Origin: an uncultured Acidobacteriota bacterium
Lineage (GTDB): Bacteria; Acidobacteriota; Vicinamibacteria; Vicinamibacterales; UBA2999
Assembly: GCA_963707795.1 (NCBI GenBank)
Contig: OY970174.1
Coordinates: forward strand, 2,208,432-2,272,431
Direction of reading: 5' to 3'
DNA length: 64,000 bases
The position numbers and the translations under genes were made by a program. Within the stretch, counting starts at the first letter, position 1. The number at the start of each line of letters is the position of its first letter. This document shows positions 59,101 through 64,000 of this stretch, piece after piece. The notes under the pieces were generated by a model. That model saw only the letters and a program-made list of their open reading frames with translations. It did not search any database and was not told where the DNA came from.

Positions 59101-60336
59101 TTGCTCGCCCTCGTAGTTCAGGCTGGACGCCGGGTGGCGGCGGCCCTGGCGTATCGCGACTTTCGCCTGCTGTGGTTCGGCGCGCTCGTGTCCAGCATCG
59201 GGACCTGGATGCAGAAGGTGGCGCAGGCGTGGCTGATCGTCACGCTCAGCGGCAGCGCGTCGGCCTTCTTCCTCGGGCTCGACTCGTTCGTCGGCGAGGT
59301 GCCGATCCTGCTCTTCACGCTCATCGGCGGGGTCGTGGCCGATCGGCGCAACCGCCGCCACCTGCTGCTCATGTCCCAGGGCGTGCAGATGACCGTCGCC
59401 TTCACGCTCGCCGCGCTGGTCTTCACCGAGAGCATCACCATCTGGCTGATCCTCGTGCTCTCGTTCATCACCGGCGTCGCCCAGGCGTTCGGCGGCCCGG
59501 CGTATCAGTCGCTCATCCCGTCGCTCATCCCCAAGGAGCACCTGCCGAACGCGATCGCGCTCAACTCGATCCAGTTCAACCTGGCGCGTGTGATCGGGCC
59601 GCTGGTGGCCGGGGCCATGCTCACCGCCTTCGGGATGATCGCCTGCTTCGGTCTCAACGGCATCTCGTTCCTCTTCGTCATCGCCGCGATCGTCGCGCTG
59701 CACGTGGCGCACGTCCCGCCGAGCGGCGTGTCGAGCATGCGCGCGCAGCTGACCGGCGGCCTGCGCTACGTGCGCGGCCAGCCGCAGCTGGTCACGCTGA
59801 CCATTCTCGGCTTCATCTCGGCGTTTCTCGGTCTGCCGATCCTGACGTTCCTCCCGGTCATCACCAAGGACGTGTTCCAGCAGGACGTCGGCCTCTACAC
59901 CCAGTTCATGACGCTGGCCGGCGCCGGCGCCGTGCTCGGCGCGCTGGGCGTCGCCTGGATTGGCAAGCACCGGCACATGGGGTTGATGCTGCTGGTCATG
60001 CAGGCGCTGCTCGGGCTGGTGACGATCGCCTTTTCGCTCTCCACCACCATCTGGCTCAGCCAGTTGCTGCTGTTCATCGGCGGAGCGCTGCTGGTCACCT
60101 GTTTCTCGATGACGACGTCGCTGGTGCAGTTATTGGCGCCGCACGAGCTGCGCGGGCGCGTGGTGAGCATCTACATGGTGGCGTTCCGCGGCGGCTCGCC
60201 GCTGGGCGGGTTGATCAGCGGGTGGCTGGTCACCCAGATCGGCTCGGCGCCGGCCGTCCTCGCCCTCAACGGCGCCCTGCTCACCCTGGTCGCGCTCGCC
60301 GCGATGACCCGCGATCACGGCCTGCGCGAGATCTGA
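59101..60336 (+). CDS. MFS transporter (EntS/MFS_3-like)
   Basis: 411 aa, about 12 TM segments. AYRDFRLLWFGALVSSIGTWMQKVAQAWLI...GGVVADRRNRR. The TTG start is uncertain. Confidence 0.8.
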   Translation: MLALVVQAGRRVAAALAYRDFRLLWFGALVSSIGTWMQKVAQAWLIVTLSGSASAFFLGLDSFVGEVPILLFTLIGGVVADRRNRRHLLLMSQGVQMTVAFTLAALVFTESITIWLILVLSFITGVAQAFGGPAYQSLIPSLIPKEHLPNAIALNSIQFNLARVIGPLVAGAMLTAFGMIACFGLNGISFLFVIAAIVALHVAHVPPSGVSSMRAQLTGGLRYVRGQPQLVTLTILGFISAFLGLPILTFLPVITKDVFQQDVGLYTQFMTLAGAGAVLGALGVAWIGKHRHMGLMLLVMQALLGLVTIAFSLSTTIWLSQLLLFIGGALLVTCFSMTTSLVQLLAPHELRGRVVSIYMVAFRGGSPLGGLISGWLVTQIGSAPAVLALNGALLTLVALAAMTRDHGLREI

Positions 60337-60376
60337 CCGCACCGCTGCCGCGGCGCGCGACGGCACGGCGGCCCGA

Positions 60377-63233
60377 TCACTTCACCTGTTCGTACTCGCG
60401 CCGCGCCTGCACCAGGATGGCCACGTCGGGATCGGCGTCCTTCCACAGCGCGAAGAAATCCTGATACGCCGCGCGGCTGGCGGCGCGGTTGCCCGCCATG
60501 GCGGCGGCGCGCGCGAGGCCGACACGGGCGAGGGCGTTGAGGACGGAGAGGGGATCGACGCCGGGACGCTCGATGATGCGCGTGAACTCGCCGGCGGCAT
60601 CCTGACCCCGGCCGCTGGCCAGGTAGGCGAGCCCGCGCGTGTAGGAAATCGTCAGGCCGCTGGCCAGGCCGAACTCGTAGACGCGCGCCGGCTCGAGCGC
60701 GGCGATGGCGCGCTCGGGCTGCTGGCGCTGCAGGTCGACCATCGCCACCATCACCGGCACGATGGCTCCCTGCACGATGCCCGGTCCGGTCCACCGCCGC
60801 GACAGGGCCGCGCTCTCCCGCGCGGCCTCTTCCACATCGCCGACGAGCGCGAGGGTCGCCGTCAGGGACGGTCCCGGATCGGTGAACAGCGTCTCGTCAT
60901 AGAGCGCTTGCGCCGCGCGCAGGCTCTGGCGCGCCGCCGCCACGTTGCCCGCCCACGCTTCCCCCGCCGCCCACTCGATCTGATAGGTGAACGCGGCGTC
61001 GCGGCGGTCACGCGCCAGTGCCAGCGCGGTCGCACGGCGCAGCTCGTCGCGGCCGCTGGCGAAGCGCCCGCGCGTCGCCAGGATCTGGGCATCGGTGTAG
61101 GCCGAGTTCGCCTCGTAGGGCTGCCCTTTCGCGGCCGCCGTCACGCGGTCGAGCGTCGCCTGATCGCGCTGGAGGAGGGCGATGGTCTTGAGATAGAAGG
61201 CGTCGCCGGGAGTCTGGATCCCGCGCGCCGCGGCTGCCTCGAGCGTGGCACGAGCTTCGTCGAGGCGATTGAGCGCCCGGTAGGCGACGGCGAGATTGCG
61301 ATACGCGAAGGGGAGATCCGGCTTCACCCGGATGGCGTCGGCGCTCTCCCGGACGGCGTTCTCGAACTGGCCGATCGTGTTGTAGAGGGACGCCAGATTG
61401 TTGTACGGCACGCTGTCGCGCGGGTAGGTCGTGCGGTACTGCTCGTAGGCGGCAATCGTCTTCGCCACGTCGTCGGCGACATCCAGGTAGTAGTGCGCGG
61501 TGATGTACAGGCGCTCGCGATCGGTGACGCGGTCGCGCAGCTCGAAGGCGCGCTCGCGGTTGCGGATCAGTTCCTGCGAGCTGGGGCCGCGCGTGTTCAT
61601 GAAGGCCGTCGCCACGCGCGCGTAGGCCAGCGCGAAGTTCGGATCGAGCTCGATCGCACGCTCGTAGAACGGGATGGCCTTGAGCTCGAGCCCCTGGGCA
61701 CGCAGCCGCTCGCCCTGGCTGAACGACTTGAGCGCCTCGAGCGAGGAAGTCGTCGCCTGCTCGATGGGCGTGTCGAAGCGCGCCACCGAGCTCAGCGACT
61801 CGCCCAGCGTGCGGCGCAGGTCGGCGGCCGCCGCCCCGAGCTGGGGCAGAACCTGCTCCGTGCTCGCGGCGGTCACCTGCGACCGCGCCAGCGTGTCGCC
61901 GGTGGCGCAGTTCACCGCGTTCAACGCCAGCACGTACTGCTGCCCGAGGGCGGAGATGGTGCCTTCGATGAGCGCCTTCACCGCCAGCCGCTCGCAGGCC
62001 TCACGCGCCACCGGACCGGTCAGCCGCTCGTCCGGGCGGCGCTGCATGTACTGCAGCGTCTCGCGGACCTTCTGCTCCGACACGATGTCGAGGAACGGCG
62101 ACTGCTGCAGGTCGACCGCCAGCGCCTGCTTGAGCGCATCGTCGAAGACCGCGTCGCCGGTGGTATTGACGATGTCGGCGAGGAGCACCGAATCGCGCTC
62201 GGTCAGCGCCGGTGCGCGCCGGGCGTAAAAGAAGACCCCGGCGGCCGCCATCACCAGCACCGCGGCGATGGCCGGCAGCGTCCAGCGGCGCACCCTCCCG
62301 CCCGCGGCGGCCGGACGCACGGCGCCGCTCGATGACGCGCCCGCGGCCACGGCGCCGCTGCGCCCGGAATCGGTGTCGCGCTTGAGGCGCTTGAGATCCG
62401 CGCGCAGCTCGGCCGCGGTCTGGTAGCGCACGTCACGGTCCTTCTCCAGCGCCTTGTTGAGAATCCGCTCGAGCTCCACCGGCACGCCGGGGTTGAGGCG
62501 CACCGGTGAGGTCGGCGCCTGGTGCAGGATGGCGTCGAAGATCACCGCCGACGTGCGGCCCGAGAATGCCTGGTGGCCGGTGGCCATCTCGTAGAGCACC
62601 AGACCGAACGAGAACAGGTCGGTGCGCGCGTCGAGATCCTGACCGCGCGCCTGCTCGGGCGACATGTAGGCAACCGTGCCGAGGGTGACGCCGGGATCGG
62701 TCAGGTTGGCTACCGTCGGACCGTCGGGCACGGTCGGCGACGCAGACGCCTCGGTGGGTTCGGTGGTGAGTTTGGCGAGCCCGAAGTCGAGAATCTTGGC
62801 GTGCCCGCGATCGGTGACGAACACGTTCGCCGGCTTGATGTCGCGGTGGATGATCCCGCGAGTGTGCGCGGCATCCAGCGCGTCGGCGATCTGCCCCCCG
62901 ATCTCCAGCAGCCGCTCGGTGTCCATCGGCCGGCCGGCGATGTGGTGCTTGAGGGTGTGCCCCTCGAGCAGCTCCATCACGATGTACTGCTGGCCGTCGG
63001 TACTCGCCGATGTCGTAGATCGTGCAGATGTGCGGGTGGTTGAGCGCCGACGCCGCGCGTGCCTCGCGCTGGAAGCGGTCCACGGACTGGGCGTTGCCCG
63101 ACAGCGCCGGCGGCAGGAACTTGAGCGCCACCGATCGCCCAAGCCGCACGTCCTCGGCCCGGTAGACGACGCCCATGCCGCCGCCGCCGAGATGATCGAG
63201 GACGCGGTAGTGAGAGATCGTGTGACCGATCAT
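60377..63233 (-). CDS. Ser/Thr protein kinase with TM segment and C-terminal TPR domain (apparent 1-nt insertion near 63000)
   Basis: [40 protein letters not shown]...[15 protein letters not shown] | [16 protein letters not shown]...[13 protein letters not shown]...DFGLAKL... is read from two track ORFs. TM segment [18 protein letters not shown]. Multiple TPRs follow. Confidence 0.88.
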
Positions 63234-63348
63234 GCGCCCTGAAATTATACGGGGTCGGCTGCAGCCTGGCGCGGATGCCCGCGGCTGCACGCCCCCGGGC
63301 CTGCGCGTCGGCGCCCGCGTGACCGGGACGAGGTCCGCGCCGCGCCGT

Positions 63349-64000
63349 TCAGGACGACGTCACGGTGAGCGTCGCGGTCGACTCCGTCCCGCGCGCGAGG
63401 CGGAACGTGAACCGGACGGACCCCAGGCGAAGCGCATCGCCGTCGGCGAGCGGCGTCGGCCCGCCGATCTTCGTGTCGCCAACCCAGGTGCCGTTCTTGC
63501 TGCCCAGGTCCTCGACCCACGCGCGCCCGGACACCACGATTCGCGCGTGGCGGCGCGAGATGGTCGCCGCGTCGATGACGATGACCTCGTCGCCGGCGCG
63601 GCCGAGCACGTTCTCGCCCTCGTGCAGCGGCACCCTGCGGTTCGGGGCGACCAGCCAGGCGAGGACCCGCACCGACGCCGCCGGCGAGTCGTCGATCGCG
63701 GCCGCGTCGCCACCGAACGCATAGCCGACGCCGTGCACGGTCCGAATGAGCGCCTGGCGCTGGCCATCGTCACCCAACGCCTGGCGGATGTCGAAGACGA
63801 GACGCTGCACGCTGGACTCGGCCACGAACGTGTCCGGCCACAGGTGCGCGTGGATGGCCGCCGACGACACGACGGCGGGCCGCTGGCTCAGGAGCAGGAG
63901 GAGCAGGTCGAACGCCTTGCGCGTGAGGTGGATGGGTTCCGATCCCTTCCAGATCTGCCGCGTGATTCCGTCGATGCGAATCTCACCACATTGCACGCGC
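63349..64000 (-). CDS. OmpR/PhoB-type winged-helix DNA-binding domain + FHA domain protein (5' end may lie beyond the window)
   Basis: ...[34 protein letters not shown]...[14 protein letters not shown]...[11 protein letters not shown] (trans_reg_C), then [27 protein letters not shown]...[12 protein letters not shown] (FHA). The only in-window start is the GTG at 63996. Confidence 0.8.
   Translation of the reverse strand, partial: RVQCGEIRIDGITRQIWKGSEPIHLTRKAFDLLLLLLSQRPAVVSSAAIHAHLWPDTFVAESSVQRLVFDIRQALGDDGQRQALIRTVHGVGYAFGGDAAAIDDSPAASVRVLAWLVAPNRRVPLHEGENVLGRAGDEVIVIDAATISRRHARIVVSGRAWVEDLGSKNGTWVGDTKIGGPTPLADGDALRLGSVRFTFRLARGTESTATLTVTSS

Overview
This is a GC-rich bacterial chromosome segment; I judged the GC level by eye and did not compute it. 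The gene content suggests Acidobacteriota, which is inference only: an ADOP-type duplicated permease, several CarboxypepD_reg-like secreted proteins, and ECF-sigma/Ser-Thr-kinase pairs.

I can support about 55 protein genes. Core content includes:
- a TetR / truncated-globin / O-methyltransferase operon
- a secreted M64-like metallopeptidase
- mmsA-yjcH-actP
- two large Ser/Thr kinases
- msrPQ
- a DUF1175 / alpha-2-macroglobulin cluster facing a PBP-SpoIID-metallopeptidase fusion
- a SET-domain protein
- a triple-RidA protein
- an imuA-imuB-dnaE2 mutagenesis cassette

The main accessory feature is an ~11.4-kb island (24210-35650). It is bounded by a perfect 29-bp direct repeat that includes the 3' end of an initiator tRNA-Met gene. 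It carries a serine recombinase, toxin-antitoxin genes, an AbiEii fragment and a Hen1-Pnkp RNA-repair pair. Almost all of these genes are broken by 1-nt indels in this assembly.

Other items worth a second look:
- a bacterial TIMP-like (Cys-Ser-Cys N-terminus) domain fused to CarboxypepD_reg repeats
- a stand-alone EF-G domains III-V ORF
- an IS3-family remnant
- palindromic operators next to both TetR genes
- a promoter/operator upstream of imuA
- one 9-bp tandem repeat unit used in two reading frames inside imuB

No CRISPR array and no rRNA were seen. All homology calls come from reading the translations and recognising motifs; no searches were run.
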